A stretch of DNA of 59,281 nt, counting the filler. It is 4 parts of 4 records of this genome, joined end to end, with 100 filler letters (N's around TTAATTAATTAA, not from the genome) between each part and the next. Parts side by side here need not be neighbours in the genome. Positions count along the whole stretch, not along the records: positions 16,878 to 45,785 come from SRR20825006_225; 3 more parts are not named here. One strand, 5' to 3'. This document shows positions 31,109 through 41,925 of this stretch, in pieces (position 1 is the stretch's first letter; the number at the start of each line of letters is the position of its first letter). The notes below the pieces were generated by a model that did not search any database, was not told the origin of the DNA, and saw nothing but the letters and a program-made list of their open reading frames with translations. Both the position numbers and the translations under genes were made by a program.

Positions 31109-31644
31109 AATAGTTTAATTAAATGATTGAAAAAGGTGTTGTAGTAGGAGGTCGTTCCGCAACAAGAATGTTGTTGAAATCAACAATAGTGGCGGTAGCA
31201 ATAGTTTCATCTTGGATCAACTACCCGATAAAGGAATTACACCCAAGAGTTAGCTTTTAAACAAAAAATAAAATTAATAGAATACGTAAGTGGTTATTGG
31301 TTGATAATTGTGGTTATTAGATGTTAACTAGTTCTAATATAGGTAATTAAATTGAAATAATCGGCATTTTTCGTTAATAAACGAATAGAAAGGCTGTTTG
31401 GGTAGGTCTGCATGAATTATTCAATTTCAACGACGGACTTTCTCTTTCTACGAACAACTCTTGTTTTTGAAAGTAGATCATGTAATCCTGCGCAATATGG
31501 AGTGAATATAGTTAGGAAAGATCATCGTTTACGACCTATTTCTTTAAGGTACGATCTAATAATTCGGACATTCAACGGCGAAAAGTTAAATATGATAACT
31601 TTGAGTGATTGGAGTTATGAATCAGGGGAATTCACAAGACTAAA

Positions 31645-32106
31645 ATGGTAACTGACATGATGATTAAATCGTCAAGTGAAAATATTGAAATACTTCTCAA
31701 ATATTTAAGAAGAGAAAAAGAGTTTTCTAGGATGTTTGATGGAAGCATTGGAAATAATCGCATGGAAGGATTTTACGTCAGTTTGGTTAAGAGTCAAACG
31801 GGAATTTCTTTCTTGAAAATAGTAGGAGAATACTCCATTGGATCCGGTGAAGTGAAGATTGATTTTAAGCGAACCAATGTGTTCTATGTTTCAATGATTG
31901 CAGCACTGATCTTTATTTTTACTGGTATTCAAGGACTCTTTTTTCATTCCATAGAATTAGCTCCTTTAATCGTGATAGCGATAATGGGTGTGAGCATGAT
32001 GGCAATTTATGTGATACTTTTTAGATTAGAGAAATTGAGATTTAAAAAGCATATTTCGAAGGCAATAGACAGTTTGGAAATTCAATGCTCGATTATAACA
32101 GAATGA
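31645..32106 (+). CDS. Hypothetical membrane protein
   Basis: 153-aa ORF with two C-terminal TM helices. Confidence 0.6.
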   Translation: MVTDMMIKSSSENIEILLKYLRREKEFSRMFDGSIGNNRMEGFYVSLVKSQTGISFLKIVGEYSIGSGEVKIDFKRTNVFYVSMIAALIFIFTGIQGLFFHSIELAPLIVIAIMGVSMMAIYVILFRLEKLRFKKHISKAIDSLEIQCSIITE

Positions 32107-32113
32107 ATAATTT

Positions 32114-32590
32114 ATGGAAATAATTTACTCTGATCTGGAAGTTGAAAGTAACGTTTTGCGAAAATGTATTTGCACGCTTTTTCCTAGCTTGGTTTTGTTT
32201 GAACATGATTATATGAACGATCCCCCAGTATAGTTCGACAGTTCCAATCCAAACCATATTCTTTTTTATTGTGGTTATGGTCCAGAGAAAATGGAATTCG
32301 GTTACTACCTTGAAATTACGAGAACAAGCAGTGAAAATTCTCAAGAAAGAGAGATTCATATTACACGAGAACTATTAACTCTGTTAAACACACGATTTTT
32401 GATTTCCTACGTTCATCCAAATCAGCCTGAATCGCCTTATTTCAGTCTTATCTTTGAGAAAGAAGGAATTTTTTTAGTAGATGATTTCGACACGAACTTC
32501 TTTGATGGATCAAAAGGATTGGTGAGAAAACTTGAAAAATTAGACTTACCAATCTACAAATTTGATAGTTTCGGAAGGAAAATCGGCTAA
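32114..32590 (+). pseudogene. Hypothetical gene interrupted by in-frame TAG (32231-32233)
   Basis: ATG 32114 is in frame with the 32291-32590 ORF; one TAG splits an otherwise open ~158-codon frame that fills the gap. Confidence 0.6.
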
Positions 32591-32613
32591 AGCTGAGAGA
32601 AAACAAAAACGCC

Positions 32614-33312
32614 ATGAGATCGCTACGTTATTTAATTCTACTTGTGCTGCCTTTCACTGGATTTGGTCAAACAGAATTTCTTCAATTCTCAGATTCTGCC
32701 GATTTCGATTATGTTAATTATGAATTATTAAAAAAGCATGGCTTCACCGTATGCAAAGAGTATGAGAGAATTGAGGATAGTCTGGTGCTAATAGAAAAAA
32801 CTGAGTATAACTTTGAAGATTCAACGTTAAAGATTACGGATTTCAAGAATAAAAAATGGGGTAAACCAACTATTTACAGAGGTTCAATGTACGATGAGGT
32901 ATTTGGGCCTTCAGAAAGTTATGAACGGGAGAATGGGATAGTAGAGGTTCATGACGAATTGGGAAGGCTCGTTCAGACAACTTGGATTATTAACCCTAAT
33001 CAAAATAAGGTCGAGACATATTTTTCCTACTTAGACACAACGAATTATTTGGCATTTAAAATGGAGGTTCATTCTAATCTCAACAGATATGTGACACAAA
33101 CGAATATTACGAATTATGAGTATGGAGTTAGCTCGTGTAGTGGTGCTACGTTTTGTTATGGTAGATGGAAATATGTATCTAAAAGAAATAATATAGAAAA
33201 TGAAGGAATGAGATTAGTTGAAATCGCGTACATCAATAAATACGGGCTTTTGATTACTAGAGTGAGTTACAATGATTCTGGAGAGCATGGTTACAGATAT
33301 GAGTACGAATAA
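32614..33312 (+). CDS. Hypothetical secreted protein
   Basis: Signal peptide MRSLRYLILLVLPFTGFGQ; Tyr/Glu-rich beta-strand pattern. Confidence 0.65.
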   Translation: MRSLRYLILLVLPFTGFGQTEFLQFSDSADFDYVNYELLKKHGFTVCKEYERIEDSLVLIEKTEYNFEDSTLKITDFKNKKWGKPTIYRGSMYDEVFGPSESYERENGIVEVHDELGRLVQTTWIINPNQNKVETYFSYLDTTNYLAFKMEVHSNLNRYVTQTNITNYEYGVSSCSGATFCYGRWKYVSKRNNIENEGMRLVEIAYINKYGLLITRVSYNDSGEHGYRYEYE

Positions 33313-33325
33313 AAAAGGAAATGCT

Positions 33326-33922
33326 ATGAAAAAACTATTCTTGGACGATGTTCGGACCATTGACATGGTATATAATGCCTCAATGGAGTCAGAATTTGAT
33401 GTGGTAAGAAGTTTTGCTGCTTTTGTCAGTTACATCGAAAAAAATGGACTGCCGTCATTTATTAGTTTTGATAACGATTTGGGATTGGATGAGAATGGCG
33501 AAGTTGCACCTGATGGTTATGCAGCGGCAAAATGGTTAGTCTATGAGTCCGGGTTGAACTTAATGAAGTTGAGCTACCATGTGCATTCTGCGAATCCCGT
33601 TGCCACTGAACAGATAAAAGGGCTGCTAACGAATTACCAGAATCATATTAGAAGTGAAGGGTTTGCTTCGGAAGTGGAAGAATATTGTTCGACTATTGAC
33701 TGGAGCAATTTTTCTCAAAAGTATGATGGACTTCTTCAGATTGTGCGAAACTACAACGACATGGGGTTAAGCCGAAGCAAGATAGTTGAACTATTGAATG
33801 TTAGCTATAGACGTTATTCAGATGCAGATAATGAACCAGCAGAGGAAGTTGTTGGTCAAATCCTAAATCAAATAGGGGGGTATTGCCCTCCTTTTAAAGT
33901 TGTTGACTTGAAGGAATGGTGA
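33326..33922 (+). CDS. Cyclic-phosphate-processing receiver (cREC-like) domain protein with C-terminal extension
   Basis: LFLDDVR, ISFDNDLG, DGYAAAKWL, HVHSANP motifs; ATG at 33326. Confidence 0.75.
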   Translation: MKKLFLDDVRTIDMVYNASMESEFDVVRSFAAFVSYIEKNGLPSFISFDNDLGLDENGEVAPDGYAAAKWLVYESGLNLMKLSYHVHSANPVATEQIKGLLTNYQNHIRSEGFASEVEEYCSTIDWSNFSQKYDGLLQIVRNYNDMGLSRSKIVELLNVSYRRYSDADNEPAEEVVGQILNQIGGYCPPFKVVDLKEW

Positions 33923-34398
33923 AAGAACTTGCATTATTTTTTGCGCTCGGAATCGTTCTAGCTTTCGTCACATTCAAAATTTCGGAGATCGTTTTTTCGT
34001 TGTGGAGCAACACCCGGAAGTATAAAAAATCGCTGTACAATAGATTATTCCCCAATTGGATTTCAGAAGAGGTTTTTTTCGGTTGCCTTTTCGAGTCTGA
34101 AGGGAAATGGTACGAAGCTTCACTGTTCAATAAAAATGGATTTTCACCAAAAAACCACCTAACGATCTCTTGCTACGTTGAGGGCGAGATGCGAGTGATT
34201 CACAGTAGACCAATTGTGTGGCTGTTCCGCAGCGTAAGCGGACAGGAAATAAAGGATAGAATTCAAGAATTGAACACCTCAGCAACTCTTCACGGGTTAA
34301 AAATGGTTCAAGATCCGGAAGGAATCAAGAGAATTGAAAAAGAAATCCGCGAAGTTATTCGGCGTGATTTAATCGAAGAGGACAAGTCACAAAAGTAA
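33916..34398 (+). CDS. Hypothetical protein with N-terminal membrane anchor
   Basis: 160-aa ORF overlapping the upstream stop; hydrophobic N-terminus. Confidence 0.6.
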   Translation: MVKELALFFALGIVLAFVTFKISEIVFSLWSNTRKYKKSLYNRLFPNWISEEVFFGCLFESEGKWYEASLFNKNGFSPKNHLTISCYVEGEMRVIHSRPIVWLFRSVSGQEIKDRIQELNTSATLHGLKMVQDPEGIKRIEKEIREVIRRDLIEEDKSQK

Positions 34399-34400
34399 TA

Positions 34401-36467
34401 CTACCTCACACCCCCGCCAGCCTCGAAATCCTTTTCTGGACTCACAAAACTCAATTCGCCCTTCGCATTTTCGGCCATTAAAATCATTCCTTGTGATTCT
34501 ACACCACGAATTTTACGCGGAGCGAGATTTAGCAACACTGTAACCGTTTTTCCAATCACTTCTTCGGGAGTGTAGTGCTCTGCAATTCCAGAAATGATGG
34601 TGCGCTTATCAATTCCCGTGTCTACGAGTAATTTCAACAGTTTGTCCGCTTTTTTAACGCGTTCAGCTTCCAAAATTTTACCTAAACGGATGTCCATTTT
34701 TGAGAATTCATCGAAAGACGTTTCCGCTTTTTGTGGTTCGAGACTCGCTTCTTCTGCAGCATTGGCAGCGCTAGAAGCGTTCAATTTCGCAATTTCGGCT
34801 TCTACCATTTCGTCAGTGATTTTTGGAAACAAGATGAACGAATCATTGATTTGATGACCAGCCGCCAATAAATCACTATTTCCAGCTTGGGTCCAATCGG
34901 TTGCTTTGAAACCTAGGAAGTCAGAAAGATGTTGAGCAGTTGCAGGCAAGAACGGTTGTAACACAATGCTCAAGTTCGCAGTGATTTGCAACGCAATGTG
35001 CATGATCGTTTCTACGCGCACAGGGTCTGTCTTTATCAGTGTCCAAGGCGCATTGTCTTGAAGGTATTTATTCCCCAATCGGGCTAAATTCATTGCTTCG
35101 GCTTGAGCTTCACGCAATTTGTAATCGTAAACAAGAGAAGAAATCCGAGTTGGAATCTCCTTCATTTGTTCCAATACGGCCAAATCTTCCGATGTAAAAG
35201 CACCTGCCGCTGGAACTTTTCCTTCGTAATTTTTGTGAGTCAAAACCATTGCGCGATTTACGAAATTTCCTAAAATATCCGCCAATTCGCTGTTAATGCG
35301 CGTTTGGTATTCCTTCCACGTAAATTCGCTGTCCTTTGTTTCTGGAGCGATGGAAGTCAATACATATTTCAATTCATCAATCTTATCAGGATATGCTGCG
35401 ATGTACTCATGCAACCAAACTGCCCAGTTTCTTGACGTAGAGAATTTGTCTCCTTCTAGGTTCAAAAATTCGTAGGCAGGAACGTTGTCTGGAAGAATCA
35501 ACCCTTCGTGTGCTTTTAGTAGAATCGGGAAAATAACAGCATGGAAAACAATATTATCCTTTCCGATGAAGTGAACGAGTTTTCGATCTCCCGTCCAATA
35601 ATCTTCCCAGTTTTTATTGTTGTCAATTGCCCATTGCTTGGTCGCAGAAATGTAACCAATCGGAGCATCTAGCCAAACGTATAATACTTTTCCTTCGGCA
35701 TCTTTCACAGGAACTTTCACTCCCCAGTCCAAGTCGCGCGTCATTGCACGAGGGCGCAAACCACCGTCTATCCACGACATACATTGTCCAACAACTTGAT
35801 TTCGCCATTTTTTAGGGTCGTGTTGCTGCTTTCCATCGAGCTGACCTTTTTGAATCCAATCTTTCAACCATTCTTCATGGCGCTCCATCGGTAAATACCA
35901 GTGAGAAGTTGATTTCATCACAGGTGTTTTTCCACTCAAAGTCGATTTTGGAGCAATTAATTCGGTTGGACTAAGCGCAGAACCACATTTTTCACATTGA
36001 TCGCCATAAGCGTTCTCGTTTTTACAGTTCGGGCAAGTCCCAGTGATGTAGCGATCCGCTAAAAACTGATCGTATTCTTCGTCATAATACTGCTCGCTTG
36101 TCTCTTTTGTAAAGTGACCTTTCTCTTCCAAAACGGTAAAGAAATCTTGCGCAGTTTTATGGTGAATCTCTGATGAGGTTCTATGAAATATATCGAAGCT
36201 AATCCCGAAATCATCAAACGCCTGACGAATAATTCCGTCGTACTTATCCACGATTTCTTGAGGAGTAATTCCTTCTTTTTTAGCACGAAGCGTAATCGCT
36301 GCGCCATGTTCGTCACTTCCACAAATAAATACAGCATCGTGCCCATTCATGCGCAAAAAGCGCGTAAAAATGTCTGAAGGAAGGTAAACTCCAGCAACGT
36401 GCCCCAAGTGAAGAGGTCCATTTGCATAAGGAAGGGCTGCGGTAATCGTAAATTTATCTTTTGTCAT
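34401..36467 (-). CDS. metG: Methionine--tRNA ligase
   Basis: ALPYANGPLHLGH, Zn knuckle CPNC...CEKC, KFSTS, C-terminal tRNA-binding domain. Confidence 0.98.
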   Translation of the reverse strand: MTKDKFTITAALPYANGPLHLGHVAGVYLPSDIFTRFLRMNGHDAVFICGSDEHGAAITLRAKKEGITPQEIVDKYDGIIRQAFDDFGISFDIFHRTSSEIHHKTAQDFFTVLEEKGHFTKETSEQYYDEEYDQFLADRYITGTCPNCKNENAYGDQCEKCGSALSPTELIAPKSTLSGKTPVMKSTSHWYLPMERHEEWLKDWIQKGQLDGKQQHDPKKWRNQVVGQCMSWIDGGLRPRAMTRDLDWGVKVPVKDAEGKVLYVWLDAPIGYISATKQWAIDNNKNWEDYWTGDRKLVHFIGKDNIVFHAVIFPILLKAHEGLILPDNVPAYEFLNLEGDKFSTSRNWAVWLHEYIAAYPDKIDELKYVLTSIAPETKDSEFTWKEYQTRINSELADILGNFVNRAMVLTHKNYEGKVPAAGAFTSEDLAVLEQMKEIPTRISSLVYDYKLREAQAEAMNLARLGNKYLQDNAPWTLIKTDPVRVETIMHIALQITANLSIVLQPFLPATAQHLSDFLGFKATDWTQAGNSDLLAAGHQINDSFILFPKITDEMVEAEIAKLNASSAANAAEEASLEPQKAETSFDEFSKMDIRLGKILEAERVKKADKLLKLLVDTGIDKRTIISGIAEHYTPEEVIGKTVTVLLNLAPRKIRGVESQGMILMAENAKGELSFVSPEKDFEAGGGVR

Positions 36468-36565
36468 CTGTGTACGGTCGAACTTGAACTTTAGTAATCA
36501 TAAAAGAACTCGAAAACACGAAATTCTCTTGTTTGGTCGACAAAGATAACGGAAAACAGACGAAT

Positions 36566-37909
36566 TTATACCTCAGTATCTGTTTCAATAAACCGAATGT
36601 CGAATTTTTCTAATTCTGCTAAAATGGGTAAATACATCTCAGGATAAACAGGAAGTGTTACCCCAGTTGTTGTCAAGGTGCCGTTGAGAATCATCTTAGC
36701 GCAAATCGCTACAGGCAAACCAACTGTATTTGACATCGAAGTATATGTTTGATCTTCACCAATATTAACCATGTGAGAATCTACTTTGCGCGATTGACCG
36801 TTCAATGTATAGGTGAACTCGTGGATCATAACGAGCATGTCCTTGTCATTCGCATTCAAAGAGAGTTTGTCTACGAGAATTTTCTGTAAAACTTGAGCGG
36901 GAGAAGCATTTTCGAGTGCAACCAAAGGCTCGTCCTTGAAAAGTCCCAACCAATTGAAACGCTCAAACAAATGCATTCTTTTCTCACCTAAGAACAGAGA
37001 GAATTTTTCCTCGATTGTTGCAGTTGCATTATAGGGCAAGAAGGAGTTCAAGAAGGTTCTTGGAGTTAATATTTTTGTATTATCCATCGAATAAGAATCG
37101 TCCGTCATTCCAAGTTCGACAAACACATTCCATGCTTCGCAAAATCCTGGGCGGCGCAACGTTCCACGATAAATAGTAGGAATGTTTTCCAAACCGTACG
37201 TTTCTCTGTAAGAAAGAGAATCCCGATTTGCATAACCAACAAAATCACCGTAGCCATCTACAGATAAATAATCCAATCGTGTAAACAAGCGATTGTAAGG
37301 GATGTATTTGTAACGACCGTTTCGAATAAAACTTGCCGCAACACCTTGTCCCGCAAGAACCACATTTCTTGGATTCCAAGTGAATTTATAATTCCATGGA
37401 TTATCATCACTCTCAGGAGCAATCAATCCTCCAGTAAACGACTTGAATCCCGTGATTTCACCACCTTTTTCTTTGATTTCATGAATGATTTTCATCGCAC
37501 TCATGTGGTCAATTCCTGGGTCAACACCGATTTCATTCATGATTACTATTCCAGCATCTTTTGCCGCTTGATCCAATTCTTTCATCTCCGGAGAAATGTA
37601 AGAAGGCGTAATCAAGTTCGTTTTTAGGGCGATGCAATCCATCGCTACATCAAGATGAAAGCGAGCAGGTAACATAGAAATAACCAAATCTGATTTTTCG
37701 ATCCACGGTTTTCGCTCTGTTGGATCGAGCGCGTTAAACGATAGCGCTGTTCCAAATGATGAGGAGCCGATCTTCTTTTTAACCAATGATACGTCTTGAT
37801 CTACTATATAAAGATGCCAATCTTGCGAAGAAGCATTCTCTAATAAATACCTAATTAACGATGATGCAGATAAGCCTGCTCCTAGAATCAAAATGTTTTT
37901 CATAGCCAT
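36566..37909 (-). CDS. Saccharopine dehydrogenase family protein
   Basis: ILILGAG, NEIGVDPGIDH, YKFTWNPR, RGTLR, MSNTVG. Confidence 0.9.
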   Translation of the reverse strand: MAMKNILILGAGLSASSLIRYLLENASSQDWHLYIVDQDVSLVKKKIGSSSFGTALSFNALDPTERKPWIEKSDLVISMLPARFHLDVAMDCIALKTNLITPSYISPEMKELDQAAKDAGIVIMNEIGVDPGIDHMSAMKIIHEIKEKGGEITGFKSFTGGLIAPESDDNPWNYKFTWNPRNVVLAGQGVAASFIRNGRYKYIPYNRLFTRLDYLSVDGYGDFVGYANRDSLSYRETYGLENIPTIYRGTLRRPGFCEAWNVFVELGMTDDSYSMDNTKILTPRTFLNSFLPYNATATIEEKFSLFLGEKRMHLFERFNWLGLFKDEPLVALENASPAQVLQKILVDKLSLNANDKDMLVMIHEFTYTLNGQSRKVDSHMVNIGEDQTYTSMSNTVGLPVAICAKMILNGTLTTTGVTLPVYPEMYLPILAELEKFDIRFIETDTEV

Positions 37910-38099
37910 ATAGACGCCAAAAATAGTATTTGCCTTCGGACAAAATGTGTTAAATAAAATTCTTTTCTTGGATTCTTGTGTTAAAATTTACTACTCAGGA
38001 GATTATAGTCATAGATTTTACTGTGTATCTTTTCGGTAGGGTCGATCGTTGTGTGTAATTTTAAAACGGTTATTTTTGTGCATCAAACGAATTTGAAAT

Positions 38100-38810
38100 A
38101 TGGGTAGAGCATTTGAATATAGAAGAGCTGCAAAGGAAAAGCGTTGGGACAAGATGTCTAAGTTGTTTCCTAAACTAGGGAAGGCAATTACTATGGCTGC
38201 GAAGGAAGGCGGCTCCGACCCAGAAATGAATGCAACATTGAGAACGGCGATTAGAAATGCCAAAACTCAAAACATGCCAAAAGATAATATAGAAGCGGCA
38301 ATAAAACGTGCAACGGCTAAGGACGCGGAAGCATATACTGAAATAATCTACGAAGGAAAAGGGCCTCACGGTGTTTTGGTAATTGTAGAATGTGCTTCGG
38401 ATAATCCTACAAGAACAGTTGCTAACGTGAAATCATACTTCAATAAAGCTGGAGGGGGCGTTGTTCCAAATGGCTCACTTGAATTCATGTTCAACCGAAA
38501 AGCTGTGTTTGAATTTGCAAAAACAGACGAAATTGATTTGGAAGAATTGGAGTTGGAATTGATCGATGCAGGAGTTGAAGAAATTTCTGAGGAAGAAGGA
38601 CAAGTGCTCGTTTATGGAGATTATACTTCATTTGGTTTAATTTCTACAGCTTTGGAAGCATTGAATGTTGATATTGAAAAGTCGAATCTACAACGAATTC
38701 CAACTTCACCTGTGGATTTTACAGATGAGCAATTAGAAGACATAGAGAAAATGCTTGATAAAATCGAAGATGATGACGATATTCAGCAGGTGTTTACGAA
38801 CATCGCTTAA
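38100..38810 (+). CDS. yebC: YebC/PmpR family protein
   Basis: [35 protein letters not shown]. Confidence 0.93.
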   Translation: MGRAFEYRRAAKEKRWDKMSKLFPKLGKAITMAAKEGGSDPEMNATLRTAIRNAKTQNMPKDNIEAAIKRATAKDAEAYTEIIYEGKGPHGVLVIVECASDNPTRTVANVKSYFNKAGGGVVPNGSLEFMFNRKAVFEFAKTDEIDLEELELELIDAGVEEISEEEGQVLVYGDYTSFGLISTALEALNVDIEKSNLQRIPTSPVDFTDEQLEDIEKMLDKIEDDDDIQQVFTNIA

Positions 38811-38894
38811 GTCTTTTTATTTCAGCAAAATATAATAAAATGGACTTTTTTGAGTTCTTCTGAAAGAAGAATCGAAAACACGAGAAAAATTAAC

Positions 38895-41516
38895 ATGACA
38901 AAGGCACTCAAGATAGGAATTTCAATCATCGCATTTTTGACGATTATTGTGTCGTGCTCTACTGAGAAAAATACGCTCATCAATAGAACATTTCACGGAG
39001 TTAATGCTCATTACAACGGGTATTTCAATGCTACAGAGTTGATGAATCAATCAATAAACAGCTACAGAGATAATCGCAAAGAGGATTACTATAGTATTCT
39101 GCCGTTGAACCCTGTTCCTTCAGAACAAGAAGTGGTTGGAATGTATCCAGCAATTGATACCGCTATCGCGAAGTGCAAAAAAGTCATTCAGGATCATTCA
39201 ATGCCAAGCAATGATCGCCCAGCATATAAAAAAGACGAGCACAATCCTTGGATTGATGAGAATTGGACAGAAATCGGAATTGCTTCATATTACAGAAGAG
39301 ATTACGAAGGAGCCATGAAAAGTTTCAAGTTTGTTCGGAAGTTCTATAGCAACGATCCGTCTTTGTATGTCGGTGAATTATGGATGGCAAAAACGAATAT
39401 GGCAACGGGAAAATTAACCGAGGCTAAGTTCAATTTAGATAATTTAGACAAAGCCATTGAAGGACAAATTGGCGGAGTTCCGAAGCCTAAGAAAAAAGGC
39501 GATGACCCAATTGCTAAGTTCCCAAAGAAAATACGTTTTGATTTAGAGAAAACGAAAGCACAATTAGCGCTTGAAAAAGGCGAGAATAGTGATGCGATCG
39601 CATACTTGGAAGAATCTTTGAATCATTCGCGTTACGCAAGCGGAAGAGACAAATCAAGAGTTCATTTTATTTTGGGGCAGTTGTACCAAGAGAAAGGCGA
39701 TGCGAGTTCGGCAAAAGAACATTATGCTAAAGTTTTGAAAGGAACAGCTTCTTTTGAAATGGCCTTTAATGCACGATTGAAAAAAACATTTCTTTCAGAT
39801 GGCGACAAGGTGAAAAGCGAGCTAAAAAAGATGCTGAAAGATGCAAAGAATGCAGAGTTCAAGGATCAGATTTATTACGCTCTCGCAGATATTGAGTTGC
39901 GCGAAGGGAATGAACCCAAGGGAGTAGAATACCTGACACAATCGGCTTTTTACTCTACCAGCAACACGCGGCAAAAAGGAATGGCATACGAACGATTGGG
40001 AGATATGCGTTTCACAAAAAGAGATTATGTTTCTGCGCAAAAATACTATGATTCATGTGCTAGAGTGATTACCGACGTTTATCCAAATGCCGAAGGAATT
40101 AGAAATAAAGCATTAAAATTACAAGACTTAGTAACAGCCGTTGAGACTGCCATTTATGAGGATAGCGTTCAACGAATTGCAGCAATGTCAGAGGGAGATC
40201 GAGAAGATTTTTTGAAAAATGTAATTAAGAAGATCGAAAAGGAAGCGCAAGAAAAGAAGGAAAGAGAAGCATTACGATTACTCGAACTTCAAGCGAATCA
40301 AAATTTGTTTGCTCAAAATCAAGGCGGGTCAAAATGGTATTGGAACAATGCTAAATCTAGAGCCGAAGGATTCGATGAATTTAAACGACTTTGGGGAACA
40401 AGAGAAAACGAAGATAATTGGAGAAGATCGGATAAGACTGTCGTTCTAGCCTTTGATGAGGGCACAGATCCTTCCGAAATAGTTGACTCGGTTCCCGCTC
40501 CGAGAAAAGACACGTTGACCGTAGAATTGCTCGCTCAAAACCTTCCGCTAACTGATTCTGCCATGGCGGTTTCAAATGAACGATTGTTGGAAGCGTATTA
40601 CAACGCTGGAATCATCTACAAAGAGCAGTTGAAAGAAGAAAAATTGGCTGAGGAACAGTTTATCAACGTACTGAATCGAAATATCGAAAATCGACACAAT
40701 CTACTCGCTTCTTATCAACTTTATAAAATCTACGAAACATCAAACACGGCATCTGCAGGTGTTCAGAAACAATACATTTTTGATAATTATCCAAATAGTG
40801 ATTATGCGAATTACTTGAGAGATCCAGATTATTTCGTCAAGAAAAAAGAGCGTGATGCACTTGCAGAGCAAGAGTATGTAAAAGTATTGGATCGTTACAA
40901 CCGAGGAATTTATTCTCCAGTTGTAGCCAAAGCTGATCAGGTAATTACAGAGGAAAAAGACAATATTTTCAGATCCAAATATATGCTCTTGAAAGCACTT
41001 TGCATAGGACAAACAAACGAGGATAAGCAAAGAATGGTTCCTGTTTTGGATACCTTGATCGCATCGTATCCTGGAACGCAAGAAGCGGCTAGAGCTCAAG
41101 AATTATTGAATATTATTAAAAACGGAATCTCTAAGAATATCGAGGCAGATTTCGCCAGTAAGTATCCTTTTGTGTACGATGAAAAAGTACCATTGATTGT
41201 GTTTGTTATGCTGGAGCCTACGGAGAGTTCAAGCGCAGCAAAAACGAGAATTATTGACTTCCAACGAGAATTTTTCAGCCGAGATAAACTAAAAGTGGAT
41301 TCTAAGATTTATAAAGAAACATCCATGGTCGTTATTTCTGAATTTGCGAATGAAGCAGATGCGCAGAAGTATATTACGGCATTCAAGAATACACGTAAGT
41401 ATTTGTTAGATTTACAAAAGGCGGACATTAGAATGATTACCAAGGAGAATTTAAAGATTCTGTTCCAAAAAGAAAACCTTGGAGTGTACGATAACTTTTA
41501 TAACGAATATTATTAA
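38895..41516 (+). CDS. sprE: T9SS TPR lipoprotein SprE/PorW
   Basis: Lipobox IVSC-STEKN, YNGYFN, TPRs, WGTRENEDNWRR; position before bactofilin and atp genes. Confidence 0.75.
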   Translation: MTKALKIGISIIAFLTIIVSCSTEKNTLINRTFHGVNAHYNGYFNATELMNQSINSYRDNRKEDYYSILPLNPVPSEQEVVGMYPAIDTAIAKCKKVIQDHSMPSNDRPAYKKDEHNPWIDENWTEIGIASYYRRDYEGAMKSFKFVRKFYSNDPSLYVGELWMAKTNMATGKLTEAKFNLDNLDKAIEGQIGGVPKPKKKGDDPIAKFPKKIRFDLEKTKAQLALEKGENSDAIAYLEESLNHSRYASGRDKSRVHFILGQLYQEKGDASSAKEHYAKVLKGTASFEMAFNARLKKTFLSDGDKVKSELKKMLKDAKNAEFKDQIYYALADIELREGNEPKGVEYLTQSAFYSTSNTRQKGMAYERLGDMRFTKRDYVSAQKYYDSCARVITDVYPNAEGIRNKALKLQDLVTAVETAIYEDSVQRIAAMSEGDREDFLKNVIKKIEKEAQEKKEREALRLLELQANQNLFAQNQGGSKWYWNNAKSRAEGFDEFKRLWGTRENEDNWRRSDKTVVLAFDEGTDPSEIVDSVPAPRKDTLTVELLAQNLPLTDSAMAVSNERLLEAYYNAGIIYKEQLKEEKLAEEQFINVLNRNIENRHNLLASYQLYKIYETSNTASAGVQKQYIFDNYPNSDYANYLRDPDYFVKKKERDALAEQEYVKVLDRYNRGIYSPVVAKADQVITEEKDNIFRSKYMLLKALCIGQTNEDKQRMVPVLDTLIASYPGTQEAARAQELLNIIKNGISKNIEADFASKYPFVYDEKVPLIVFVMLEPTESSSAAKTRIIDFQREFFSRDKLKVDSKIYKETSMVVISEFANEADAQKYITAFKNTRKYLLDLQKADIRMITKENLKILFQKENLGVYDNFYNEYY

Positions 41517-41517
41517 G

Positions 41518-41922
41518 ATGAAGAAGCGTGGAGGTGTTGCAACGGATAGTCCTGACAGATTGAATGTGATTGTTGAAGGATCAAAGATTATCGGTGATTT
41601 TATCGCTGAGTCGAATGTCCGTATTGATGGCGAAATCCAAGGAAATGTGAGTTCTTCTTCAAAGGTAGTGGTGGGTGCATCTGGTTATATTAAAGGAAAT
41701 TTAACGTGCGCCGAAGCAGACATAGAAGGAACCCTCGAAGGCTTGGTTAAGGCTGAAGGCTTACTTGTATTGCGCGCAAATGCAACAATCACTGGAGACA
41801 TCGTAACAACGAAAATTCAAGTGGAAGAAGGGGCGAAATTCTCAGGATCGTGTAAAATGAGCAATTTTTCTCCATCAAAAATCTCAGAAGCCGCCTCGGC
41901 ACAAGAAGATGTTGTATATTAA
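41518..41922 (+). CDS. Bactofilin (polymer-forming cytoskeletal protein)
   Basis: RIDGEIQGNV...IKGNL...ITGDI...VEEGAKFSGSCKM. Confidence 0.88.
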   Translation: MKKRGGVATDSPDRLNVIVEGSKIIGDFIAESNVRIDGEIQGNVSSSSKVVVGASGYIKGNLTCAEADIEGTLEGLVKAEGLLVLRANATITGDIVTTKIQVEEGAKFSGSCKMSNFSPSKISEAASAQEDVVY

Positions 41923-41925
41923 TAT

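Noticed and set aside
31412-31651. 79-aa ORF before the orphan cassette
   Set aside because: No recognisable features; may be a remnant but cannot be supported.
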